Virus record (IMG/VR): IMGVR_UViG_3300009124_000003
DNA length: 23,980 bases
Source: a virus
Reading direction: 5' to 3' (one strand)
Position numbers and translations under genes: made by a program. Each line of letters begins with the position of its first letter. Within the stretch, counting starts at the first letter, position 1. The notes beneath the pieces are model-generated. The model was given only the letters and a program-made list of their open reading frames with translations. It ran no database searches and was not told the origin of the DNA. Positions 1-7,797 of the stretch are shown here, piece by piece.

Positions 1-830
1 GACGGTGGTCGGTGGTCGACGGTGGTCGACGGCGATGCGATCGACGGTGGTCGACGGTGGTCGACGGTGGTCGGTGGCGATGCGATCGACGGTGGTCGAC
101 GGTGGTCGACGGTGGTCGGTGGTCGATGCTCGCCTAGTGCTCGCCTGTCGACGGCGGTCGACGGGTCGACGGCGGTCGACGGTGGCACGGGTCGACGGCG
201 GCACGGGTCGACGGCGGTCGACGGGTGCGGGTGCGGCGATGCGGGTCGACGGTGCGGCGGGTCGACGGTGCGGCGATCGACGGCGACGGGTGCGGGCGGC
301 AATGCGATGCGGCGATCGACGGATGCGGGCGGCGATGCGATCGACGGGTGCGGGTGCGGCGGCGATGCGATGCGGCGATCGACGGGTCGACGGTCGACGG
401 GTCGACGGCGGCGATCGACGGGTCGACGGCGATGCGATGCGGGTCGACGGCGATGCGGGTCGACGGGTCGACGGCGATGCGGGTCGACGGGTCGACGGCG
501 ATGCGGCGACGTCGTGTGGCGACGTCGTGTGGCGGCGGTCGACGGCGGCGATGCGATGCGGCGGCGATGCGATGCGGCGGCGCACCCGCTCGCCTGTGCT
601 CGCCTATGCGGGCGGCGATGCGACGGTGCGGGTCGACCCGGGTGCGGTGCGATGCGATGCGGGTCCGGGCGGCGGGCGGCGATGCGATGCGGCGATGCGA
701 TGCGACACGGGTGCGATGCGGCGACGCATGCGACCCGGATGCGATGCGACCCGGGTGCGGCGGCGGCGGTCGACGGGTGCGGGTGCGGTGCGTCGACGGA
801 TGCGACCCCTATGCGGCCCCCGTACGGCCC
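1..830. repeat. Low-complexity GC-rich mosaic array of short motifs (GGTCGAC, GACGGTGGTC, GCGATGCGAT, GGGTGCGG); probably non-coding and continues beyond the window start
   Basis: About 28 GTCGAC palindromes by manual count in 800 bp, many GCGAT/ATCGAC units and a strong G excess on the + strand. The long ORFs in all three + frames reflect the near absence of stop codons. Confidence 0.85.
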
Positions 831-1043
831 CCCACGTGCCCAGGCGTCTCCTGAGCCGCTCTAACGGCCTCCGGGCGTCTCTCCGGTACTCGCACCCGTC
901 CGTGCGCTCACGGGCGCTTAGAGGCGCTTACAGGGCGTCTGGCGCACGATACGCGATCGTAGTGCGCCCGTCCGGCACCCCTCGGGCCGGGGGGTGCCCC
1001 CCAAAAAACGCCGATATCGGCCGATCCGTTCCGCATCGTGGAA

Positions 1044-1057
1044 CGAACACATGTTCG
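1044..1057. promoter_or_regulatory. LexA SOS box (Gram-positive/actinobacterial type)
   Basis: CGAAC-ACAT-GTTCG is a perfect match to the CGAAC-N4-GTTCG consensus and is intergenic. Confidence 0.6.
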
Positions 1058-1192
1058 GGGGGTCGAAAACATTTCAAAACCGCCCACCCCTCCTGGGGAG
1101 TTTGGCGCGGGTCCTATTGGGTTTTTCTGATTTAGATTATTCTGATCGTAGGCTGTGTGGGGTGTTGTTTCGGTGGGAATCGTGGAGGGGGT

Positions 1193-3124
1193 TTATAGGT
1201 AGTGGCCGAAGAGTTCTTCTAAAGCGGCGGTGTCTTGTTTTTCGGTTTGGCCTGTCATGGCGGCTGTGATTTTGGTGCGTTTTTTGGCGAGCATTTTGTG
1301 GATGTGTTCGTCTATGGTTTCTGGTACGATGAGGGTGGTGGCGGTGACGGGGTGGGTTTGTCCGTTGCGGTGTGCGCGGGCTACCATTTGGTCGTAGTCG
1401 GATGGGGTCCAGGGTTGTTCAAGGATGAGCACTTGTGAGGCTGCGGTCAGGGTGTGTCCGGTTTTGGCTGCTTGGGTGGATAGTACGATGGACTGCACTT
1501 TCGGGTTTTCTTGGAAAAGCTTTTTTGCTTCTTCGGTGTCTTCGACTTTTTGGCCGCCGATGATTTTTGGTGCTTGTAGTTTCGTGGCTGTTTGTGTGAC
1601 GATGTCTCTGTGGTGGGCTGCGACGATCACCTTATGTCCTGCTTCATGATAGTTTTCAACGACAGGCTTCAGCATTTTCAGCTTGTTTTTCGCGCAAATT
1701 TTCTTCAACACTCCGAGTTTGATCAGGTGCTCGTTTGATTGTGCAGCCATACGTGCCCGGATCTTCGCAGCGGTAGCTGACTCACCCAGCTCTTCAGCGA
1801 TGCGTGCTTTTTCAGCAGCGAAGTATTCGATGATGTCGCGTTCAGCATCCACGTATTCTTGCCGGATAGCAGGGTCCCAGTCGAGATACACGACCTGATG
1901 ATCCAACTCAGGTAGGTCTGCTAGTACCTGCGACTTTTCACGACGCAGATAACAGGTCTCGCGTAGACGCTGGTTTAGTTCCGTAAGCTTACTAGCCGAC
2001 ACGTCACCGTCCAAACGCCAATGACCAAACCGGTCCTTAAACGCGCCAGCATACTCCTGATAGAACCGCCACAAACCACCGAACTGCTTCAACTGATCCA
2101 ACAGATCCAACTGTGGACCGAACTCAGACACACGATTCTCCAAAGGCGTACCCGACAAACAAAGCTTCAACCCGTCCTTACGAACCGACCTTGCGATAGC
2201 CTTCGCAGCTTTCGTCCTCTGAGCCTTCGAATTTTTAAACGCCTGAGACTCATCAAACACCACCGAACGGAACTTGACACCCGTCAAACCAGCCTGATGA
2301 TGAACAATGTTCGCATTACCAACCACAACGAAATCTGCATCGTCGGCGGCTCCCTCAACAAACTCCCCACGGCCCTCAAGCCTCAAAACATCCCTATAAG
2401 GAACAGCCTCTTTAATCTTCAACTCCCAATCTAACGTAAGAGAAGGAGGAACAACTACTAAAGCAGGATACGCCCCATCAAACTCGATAGAAGCAATAGC
2501 CTGCAACGTCTTACCCAAACCCATCTCGTCAGCCACAAACACTTTCCGCTTCTCAACGATGTATTCCACACCGGCAGCCTGATACGGATACAGGTCCAAA
2601 CCCAAACCGTCAACACGCAACGACGACTCAATTGCGGCAGAACTTTTCACAGACAAAGAAGCCGCCGCCGAAACCCGGCGTGCCTCATCATGAGCCAAAT
2701 CCGAAACGTCAATATCGAACCGTTCAGCAAACCCCAACAAAGCAGGCAACGCCGACGTAGGACCATGCCACTTGTACGTCTGCGAATCCCACTTAAAACC
2801 CGGAATCTTTTTAAGCTCCCCCTCCTTCACCGCATCATACGGAAACGAAACAACCACACCCTTATCATCAAGAGTCACCTCCGACACCGGCACAACGTTT
2901 TTCGGCAAAGTAATCTTTTCAACTACAGACTCTACCTCGTAGTCCCACAGGCGGGCGTATTCGATAACGGCGTCACGGTGGATGAGCGGGATGCGCCATA
3001 CTTCGTGGATTCGATCCCACTTGGCTTGGGGCACGGTCTTTTTGAGCGCATTGACTTCTTCTCTAATGAACGGGCTGGTCAGTACGATCTCAGTCCCGGA
3101 GAGGTAAACGGTTTTGCTGCTCAT
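1193..3124 (-). CDS. SNF2-family (SMARCAL1-like) helicase/ATPase with two N-terminal HARP-like repeats
   Basis: Motifs LYPYQ, ADEMGLGKT, VFDESQ, LSGTPLEN, LRREKSQVL, GHTLTAA, QMVARAHRNGQ. N-terminal repeats PF..E...LKK.VPQAKWD...W and FPYD....LKKIPGFKWD...W. Start placed at ATG 3124 after GAAGG. Confidence 0.92.
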   Translation of the reverse strand: MSSKTVYLSGTEIVLTSPFIREEVNALKKTVPQAKWDRIHEVWRIPLIHRDAVIEYARLWDYEVESVVEKITLPKNVVPVSEVTLDDKGVVVSFPYDAVKEGELKKIPGFKWDSQTYKWHGPTSALPALLGFAERFDIDVSDLAHDEARRVSAAASLSVKSSAAIESSLRVDGLGLDLYPYQAAGVEYIVEKRKVFVADEMGLGKTLQAIASIEFDGAYPALVVVPPSLTLDWELKIKEAVPYRDVLRLEGRGEFVEGAADDADFVVVGNANIVHHQAGLTGVKFRSVVFDESQAFKNSKAQRTKAAKAIARSVRKDGLKLCLSGTPLENRVSEFGPQLDLLDQLKQFGGLWRFYQEYAGAFKDRFGHWRLDGDVSASKLTELNQRLRETCYLRREKSQVLADLPELDHQVVYLDWDPAIRQEYVDAERDIIEYFAAEKARIAEELGESATAAKIRARMAAQSNEHLIKLGVLKKICAKNKLKMLKPVVENYHEAGHKVIVAAHHRDIVTQTATKLQAPKIIGGQKVEDTEEAKKLFQENPKVQSIVLSTQAAKTGHTLTAASQVLILEQPWTPSDYDQMVARAHRNGQTHPVTATTLIVPETIDEHIHKMLAKKRTKITAAMTGQTEKQDTAALEELFGHYL

Positions 3125-3189
3125 ATAAATACCTTCACGTGTAATTCTGAGATTAAACAATCTCACTGTAGGCTATCCTACGGTTCCAG

Positions 3190-3260
3190 TAGAAGCGGAA
3201 GGAATCGAACCCTCATTGAGCGGACCAGAACCGCTAGTTTTACCGTTAAACTACACTTCT
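3190..3260 (-). tRNA. tRNA-Gln(CUG), no encoded CCA
   Basis: Cloverleaf: AGAAGTG/CGCTTCT acceptor, GTTT/AAAC D-stem, AGCGG-TTCTGGT-CCGCT anticodon arm, GAGGG-TTCGATT-CCTTC T arm. Discriminator A is followed by CTG. Confidence 0.9.
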
Positions 3261-3261
3261 G

Positions 3262-3304
3262 AAAAATAAGGGGGAGGGTAGTGAACCACCCGCTACCCTC
3301 CCCC
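3262..3304 (-). terminator. Intrinsic-terminator-like hairpin
   Basis: GGGGAGGGTAGCG...CACTACCCTCCCC stem followed by CTTATTTTT on the minus strand. Confidence 0.55.
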
Positions 3305-3382
3305 GACTTGGGATACCAGCACTGAGGGGAAAGGAGGAGCAAAAACCCTCAAAACGTGTCTGGTTCCCGGACTACCTATATC

Positions 3383-3808
3383 TTAATCAACCAACTCGGC
3401 AGTGTCAACATACGTCAATCCCCAAGCCATGGGCCCTGAAGGGGAAAGCACGACGCGCTCTGCCGAAACAATCGGACGTTTGTCTTGAACGGTGACAAAC
3501 GTACCATACTTGTAAGGGTTATAAGTGATAGGCACACCTACTTCGACTTCGCTCAGGAAATCTTCTACCCAAAAACCACGCACACTAGCATGAACGTTTT
3601 TGCGTTTTTCACTCAGCACACGACCTCTGCCTGCTTCGCTGACGTGGAAAGTGCAGTCGGCAAGGAAAGCTGTTGATGAGTGTGCGATGACCCGACCGTA
3701 GTCATCCGACCCGTTAGCCATAGACTTCACCGACCACATAACGTTGGGAAAGTGAAGGTTACGGTAACAGGCGACACGCTTGCCAAAATCGACTTTATCG
3801 CAGAGCAT
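3383..3808 (-). CDS. Conserved phage hypothetical protein
   Basis: Motifs YRNLH..WSVK, FHVSEAGR.RVL.EKRKNVHA and ITYNPYKY resemble a recurring phage family. ATG 3808 overlaps the end of thyX. Confidence 0.75.
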   Translation of the reverse strand: MLCDKVDFGKRVACYRNLHFPNVMWSVKSMANGSDDYGRVIAHSSTAFLADCTFHVSEAGRGRVLSEKRKNVHASVRGFWVEDFLSEVEVGVPITYNPYKYGTFVTVQDKRPIVSAERVVLSPSGPMAWGLTYVDTAELVD

Positions 3809-4637
3809 CGACCAGCTCTTCGATCGGAAGCATTCCATCTTCGATGATAGCTCTAAACTGAATCCACCCACGCGTGAAGTTTCGGTAAGACTCCTGAGGT
3901 GCTGTTGCGGGAGTCCACATGGCGACGTGTTCAAGCGGACTGGCGTGAGGCGGCTGCGCCGTCACCAGCTTGATAAACAAGTCGATGTCTTTTTCAATGT
4001 CACGAACACCATCGTGGTTAAGGTACGACACCCGAGCACAGCGGGCGACGCTCGCAGCGACCCGAACCTTGTGCGTGAGTTTCTTTTCGTCAGGCTGAAT
4101 AAACGGAAGGTGCCAGCCGTCGACACCGATCTCTTCAGGTTCTGAAGCATCCATCGCTTCCTTTACTGCTTCAGCAAACACACGAATCTCAGGCTGAGCC
4201 AGTTCCGAGATGCGCTGGTCGAAGAACCCGTCCCATTCGGTACCGGTCATCACAACCTCGTGCCACATAAAAGGCTCCAGTAGGCGATTAGTCACCTGCT
4301 TATGAATGCCCATTTGTTCCATCATTTGAGCGTGCTCAACAGCGGTATCGCGTGCAGCGAGCCACACTTCACGAGCGCTCTTCGCAACAGACTCATCTTC
4401 TTCGCCTGCCTGCATACCTGGCTTGTTGGAACCAAACTCGACAGGAACTGCCGGATCGTCTTGTACCCGAGCGATCATCTTTGACATCGGGATAGCCCGA
4501 GAGCTAGCGCTATTGCGGCTAAACACACGATGCGTGTTCAACTCAGGCAGCATGAATCGTGGGAGCGTGCCGACAACTGTGGTCAGGCGCTCGCCGTTCT
4601 CACCGATTGAATCGCACTCAACGCGCGCTTCGATCAT
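3795..4637 (-). CDS. thyX: FAD-dependent thymidylate synthase (phage type)
   Basis: ELNTHRVFSRNSASSRAIP, HKQVTNRLLEPF, AQPEIR, ARCARVSY, HASPLEH. ATGA overlap with the upstream gene. Confidence 0.93.
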   Translation of the reverse strand: MIEARVECDSIGENGERLTTVVGTLPRFMLPELNTHRVFSRNSASSRAIPMSKMIARVQDDPAVPVEFGSNKPGMQAGEEDESVAKSAREVWLAARDTAVEHAQMMEQMGIHKQVTNRLLEPFMWHEVVMTGTEWDGFFDQRISELAQPEIRVFAEAVKEAMDASEPEEIGVDGWHLPFIQPDEKKLTHKVRVAASVARCARVSYLNHDGVRDIEKDIDLFIKLVTAQPPHASPLEHVAMWTPATAPQESYRNFTRGWIQFRAIIEDGMLPIEELVDALR

Positions 4638-5005
4638 TCCGCACCGTCCACATGCGCCATAACTGAGCCATCACCAAACAAATCTTCGAATCCTTCATGA
4701 TCTGGGTCAGCCACAACGTCAACAAATTCGTCAACATAGACTGGGGTTCCTGGGCCAAAGTACGCGCAGAAGATGTTGAACTCGGCGTATTCCCAAGCTC
4801 CGGCTTCGGTAAGCCCGTCCTTCATAAGAGCCTCAACGATACCCTGCTTGCTGTAGCAGATATGCTCCGCACGGCCGCCCTCACGAGTCCAATGCTCTGC
4901 AAGGCCCATAATGGCGCCTTCAAACTGAATACCCAGCGAAAGCAGGTCCATATCGTTGAACTCTGCGTATTCGCTAATTACATCTGCTTTGGTCATCGGA
5001 TTCAT
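4634..5005 (-). CDS. Conserved phage hypothetical protein (acidic)
   Basis: AGGAGA SD, own promoter, and YS...IV..LM.DG....A.EY.EFNI..AY.G..TP motif typical of a phage family. Confidence 0.8.
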   Translation of the reverse strand: MNPMTKADVISEYAEFNDMDLLSLGIQFEGAIMGLAEHWTREGGRAEHICYSKQGIVEALMKDGLTEAGAWEYAEFNIFCAYFGPGTPVYVDEFVDVVADPDHEGFEDLFGDGSVMAHVDGAE

Positions 5006-5036
5006 GCTTCTCCTTTAGATTGAGTGTTACATATAA

Positions 5037-5066
5037 ATACTAATTCAATTGAAAGGCTGCTGTCAA
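5037..5066 (-). promoter_or_regulatory. Sigma-A-type promoter TTGACA-N18-TAGTAT
   Basis: Consensus hexamers upstream of the 5005 start; one of six promoters with identical spacing. Confidence 0.75.
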
Positions 5067-5263
5067 GACGAAGGACACGCCCAAGTAGCTTTAGCGCTAC
5101 CAGGCTGACAACGGCAGTCCAAACAATAACGTTTTGTCACGCCTACGTTAGCCTGATAATTCATACCCCACCTGTGAGTGGCCCGGTTAACTGCGGCCTG
5201 CTGTAAGTCTTCACAACGGCCTGGAGGCCCAAACGACTTCGGAGCGTGGGTGGATTTCATCAC
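5063..5263 (-). CDS. Small Cys/His-rich hypothetical protein
   Basis: Start overlaps the upstream stop (GTGATG); H..W...YCLDC...WAC suggests Zn binding. Confidence 0.6.
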   Translation of the reverse strand: MMKSTHAPKSFGPPGRCEDLQQAAVNRATHRWGMNYQANVGVTKRYCLDCRCQPGSAKATWACPSS

Positions 5264-5646
5264 TGGGTCCTGATATTACACTCGGCACAGAACTCTGCGT
5301 CGTCAATCTTGCGAACACCACACTCTTGATACTTGCAGCCGTTGTCCCACGACTGCCCGCAAGGACCGATCAGAGAAGTGCCTTCGTGGTATGCCTGAAG
5401 CACGGCTCGAAGTGTGGGCACGGGAGCTTCAGCGGGGGGAGCTGGCGGGATGCCCTTATCTTCTTCAAGGAATGTTTTGAGAATCAAAGCCGTGGCTTGA
5501 TTGAGTGTCATCCCTTCTTTGTCGGCAAAGTCGATGAGGTCGTTTTTGATGAAACCCGGGACTCGTGTCTGAACAGCCACAGTCTTATTTGGATCTACAT
5601 GATCTGGTCTAAGACCCCGACGTTTATCAGTCTTCTTCTTCGGCAT
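5260..5646 (-). CDS. Ribbon-helix-helix-like protein with C-terminal Cys cluster
   Basis: VAVQTRVPGFIKNDLIDFADKEGMTLNQATALIL fits an RHH pattern; the C-terminus has PCG..GC...CG...CAEC. Confidence 0.7.
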   Translation of the reverse strand: MPKKKTDKRRGLRPDHVDPNKTVAVQTRVPGFIKNDLIDFADKEGMTLNQATALILKTFLEEDKGIPPAPPAEAPVPTLRAVLQAYHEGTSLIGPCGQSWDNGCKYQECGVRKIDDAEFCAECNIRTQ

Positions 5647-6049
5647 TGGGGTTGTAATCCTTAGGAGGGTCAAAATGAGATTCGTAACCTTCACCTGTCA
5701 AAAACTGCACGATGTCAGGAGACATGTAGATAGCGTCTGTATTGTCGGTAGGCGCCGACACGCCTAGACCGATTAGAATGCCTTGAAGAATGGCGCTGTC
5801 GATAAGCTCCATGACCCAAGCAATAGCGTTACTGTCCATGTCGTCCACAAAAGCTTTTACATTGGGGTACCCGGCTAGATACCCGACCACGGCGATGGCT
5901 ACGGTGCCGAAAGCGTCGATCTTCTTGAACTCGCCGTACGAAGAATCAGACCATTCCTTATACATGTTGGCCGCATTGAGGTAGGCTTCTTCTTCTGCTA
6001 GAAGCTCAACTAGAGCAGCATCCCAATCATCCATTCCCTCTTCAGGCAT
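5627..6049 (-). CDS. Hypothetical acidic protein
   Basis: Packed in the operon; ATG 6049 overlaps the upstream stop (ATGCCTGA). Confidence 0.65.
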   Translation of the reverse strand: MPEEGMDDWDAALVELLAEEEAYLNAANMYKEWSDSSYGEFKKIDAFGTVAIAVVGYLAGYPNVKAFVDDMDSNAIAWVMELIDSAILQGILIGLGVSAPTDNTDAIYMSPDIVQFLTGEGYESHFDPPKDYNPNAEEED

Positions 6050-6290
6050 CGTTAGTTCCATCTCGCTTGTCAGATACGTAATCTTCGATCGTGGAAAAGC
6101 CCGATTCGCGTAGTAGCGCCAGCTCAAGCCATTCGGTCATAGACATTCCAGAGCCTTCACTAATATCTAGCAGTAGGTTCTTCAATCCGGGCTTTACACG
6201 AAAGCTAATACCGACGCTTTCAGCTTCCCAATCTGCCCGCTTAGACGGGCGGCCTGTTCTGGTAGGAGACCAGTTCTTCATCATAGTCAC
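6042..6290 (-). CDS. Ribbon-helix-helix DNA-binding protein
   Basis: GRPSK followed by ISFRVKPGLKNLLLDISEGSGMSMTEWLELAL; GTGA overlap with the upstream stop. Confidence 0.75.
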   Translation of the reverse strand: MTMMKNWSPTRTGRPSKRADWEAESVGISFRVKPGLKNLLLDISEGSGMSMTEWLELALLRESGFSTIEDYVSDKRDGTNDA

Positions 6291-6553
6291 CGGAACTTCG
6301 ACTCAACGAGCCACTCGTTGCCGTCACGAAGACGCGTTCCACACTTCTGACAAATCTCTGCCCATGGGTAAGTAAGGCGCTGATTCTTTGGATGATCACA
6401 GACAAGGATTTGCTCAGCTCGATAGTTAGCTAGCTCCCTAATCCACTCCGATAGGCCCTTGCCTTCGGACTCGGCGGCGTCTTTCCATTGCGCCTTTTCC
6501 TCATCGGTAGCTCGGATGAGCACCTGAGTATTCTTGTTTTCCTTGTCGGTCAT
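6287..6553 (-). CDS. Ribbon-helix-helix protein with C-terminal zinc-ribbon-like motif
   Basis: QVLIRATDEEKAQWKDAAESEGKGLSEWIRELA, then CDH...CQKCG; GAAAGGA SD. Confidence 0.8.
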   Translation of the reverse strand: MTDKENKNTQVLIRATDEEKAQWKDAAESEGKGLSEWIRELANYRAEQILVCDHPKNQRLTYPWAEICQKCGTRLRDGNEWLVESKFR

Positions 6554-6621
6554 TTAGGCTGTCCTTTCAACAGAAACGAGCTTTATTGATATGCTATCAC
6601 AGGCTTTATAGATATTGCTGG

Positions 6622-6662
6622 AAAAGTAAAAGCCTGGGCCGATGTTAGGTCAGCCCAGGCTT
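6622..6662 (-). terminator. Intrinsic terminator after tRNA-Arg
   Basis: GCCTGGGCTGA...TCGGCCCAGGC stem followed by TTTTACTTTT. Confidence 0.75.
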
Positions 6663-6679
6663 CGGTCTTTATAGAAGTA

Positions 6680-6756
6680 TGGCACCCTCGGCAGGACTTG
6701 AACCTGCAACCGGCGGGGTAGAAACCCGATACTCTATCCAATTGAGCTACGAGGGC
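6680..6756 (-). tRNA. tRNA-Arg(UCU), CCA encoded
   Basis: GCCCTCG/CGAGGGT acceptor plus G-CCA; anticodon loop TT-TCT-AC; T arm GCAGG-TTCAAGT-CCTGC. Confidence 0.92.
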
Positions 6757-6762
6757 AAAGAA

Positions 6763-7332
6763 CTAGTAGTCGATTCCCTTCTTAGCAGCGATACCGCTTT
6801 CATAAGCGTGCTTATGGTTACCCATGACCGTCACGGTATCTGAAATGTCCATAAGCCATTCAGGGGCGTCACGGCCAGTCAGAACCAACGAAGTGGTCTC
6901 AGGGCGGCTCTCAATGGCTGTACGGACTTCCTCAGCGTCGATCCAGCCCCAGTTGATCGGATAGGTGATCTCATCAAAAACAATAAGGCGATACTTACCA
7001 CTCTCAATAAGAGCCTTTCCCTGACGCCAAGCTTCCCTAGCTTCAGCCTCAGACTGCGACAAGTCTTCACTATCCCATGTGAAACCATCACCAAGCGACC
7101 AGAAATCAACACCCAAAGGCTCAGCCATTTTCTGTTCGCCCGTAACCCAATCAGGACTCTTCAAAAACTGAACAACAGCCACAGGCCAATCCCTGGCCCT
7201 AGCCCTAAGCATAATACCAAAAGCAGAAGAAGACTTGCCTCGGCCATCGCCCGTGTTCAATACCACAAGGCTTTTGACGTTACGCAACGTGTCTGGTCGT
7301 GGGTCTTCTTCAAGTGGTGTCAAATCATTCAT
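6763..7332 (-). CDS. cobO: ATP:cob(I)alamin adenosyltransferase (CobO/BtuR family)
   Basis: TGDGRGKSSSAFG P-loop, VVQFLKS..W.TGE, GDGFTW, FDEITYPINWGW, LVLTGR.AP, KHAYESGIAAKKGIDY. Confidence 0.95.
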   Translation of the reverse strand: MNDLTPLEEDPRPDTLRNVKSLVVLNTGDGRGKSSSAFGIMLRARARDWPVAVVQFLKSPDWVTGEQKMAEPLGVDFWSLGDGFTWDSEDLSQSEAEAREAWRQGKALIESGKYRLIVFDEITYPINWGWIDAEEVRTAIESRPETTSLVLTGRDAPEWLMDISDTVTVMGNHKHAYESGIAAKKGIDY

Positions 7333-7351
7333 ACTATTTCTTTTCTGTTAG

Positions 7352-7441
7352 TGGCAGAGGGTAAGGGATTCGAACCCTTGAGGGCCGTAAAACCCTACTC
7401 GCGTTCCAGGCGAGCCCATTCGTCCGCTCTGGCAACCCTCT
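7352..7441 (-). tRNA. tRNA-Ser(GGA), CCA encoded
   Basis: AGAGGGT/ACCCTCT acceptor plus G-CCA; CTCGC-CTGGAAC-GCGAG anticodon arm; long variable arm; GTTCGAATC T loop. Confidence 0.93.
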
Positions 7442-7761
7442 CAGGAACCCTCAACGCTGTAATCGTCAATGGACATCTGACCTTCCATCTCACTCGAAGC
7501 ATCAGCCACGTTAGGGGCTCGATGATCTGGAATGGGTGAGACTGTGACGAAAGTGTAACACGTTTTTGGTGAGAATGTGATGCTCTCGACCGAGAACACT
7601 TTCAAAGCGCCGTCGACATACAACTGAACGTTATCAGCCGCAGCCACCATAGCTTCGTGGTAAGAAGGGGCATCGACCGCCCACAGGTCTACCTGATCGA
7701 GACGCTTTCCGTCTTCGTCAACAAAAACAATAAAGGGGTGCGGTGTGTATGATGCGTGCAT
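7441..7761 (-). CDS. Hypothetical protein, probably leaderless
   Basis: ATG lies 6 nt after the -10 TAGAAT; the stop codon overlaps the first base of tRNA-Ser. Confidence 0.75.
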   Translation of the reverse strand: MHASYTPHPFIVFVDEDGKRLDQVDLWAVDAPSYHEAMVAAADNVQLYVDGALKVFSVESITFSPKTCYTFVTVSPIPDHRAPNVADASSEMEGQMSIDDYSVEGS

Positions 7762-7767
7762 GTTTGT

Positions 7768-7797
7768 ATTCTATAAAATATGTAGACAGGGTGTCAA
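7768..7797 (-). promoter_or_regulatory. Promoter TTGACA-N18-TAGAAT
   Basis: Near-perfect consensus hexamers. Confidence 0.8.

Noticed and set aside
1-830. CRISPR array
   Set aside because: No constant repeat with unique spacers, and no cas genes.
5-1135. Long + strand ORFs (376, 280, 209 aa) over the repeat
   Set aside because: All three frames stay open because the repeat words lack stop codons; the translations are low-complexity with no SD or domain.
5027-5032. ATG-TAA start-stop after the 5037 promoter
   Set aside because: The ATG is only 4 nt after the -10, probably upstream of +1, and the downstream gene has a normal SD.
3190-7441. tRNAs as prophage attachment sites
   Set aside because: No integrase or duplicated tRNA 3' end was seen, and phage-like genes lie on both sides.
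7351-7539. 62-aa + ORF MAEGKGFEPLR
   Set aside because: It is the antisense reading of tRNA-Ser.
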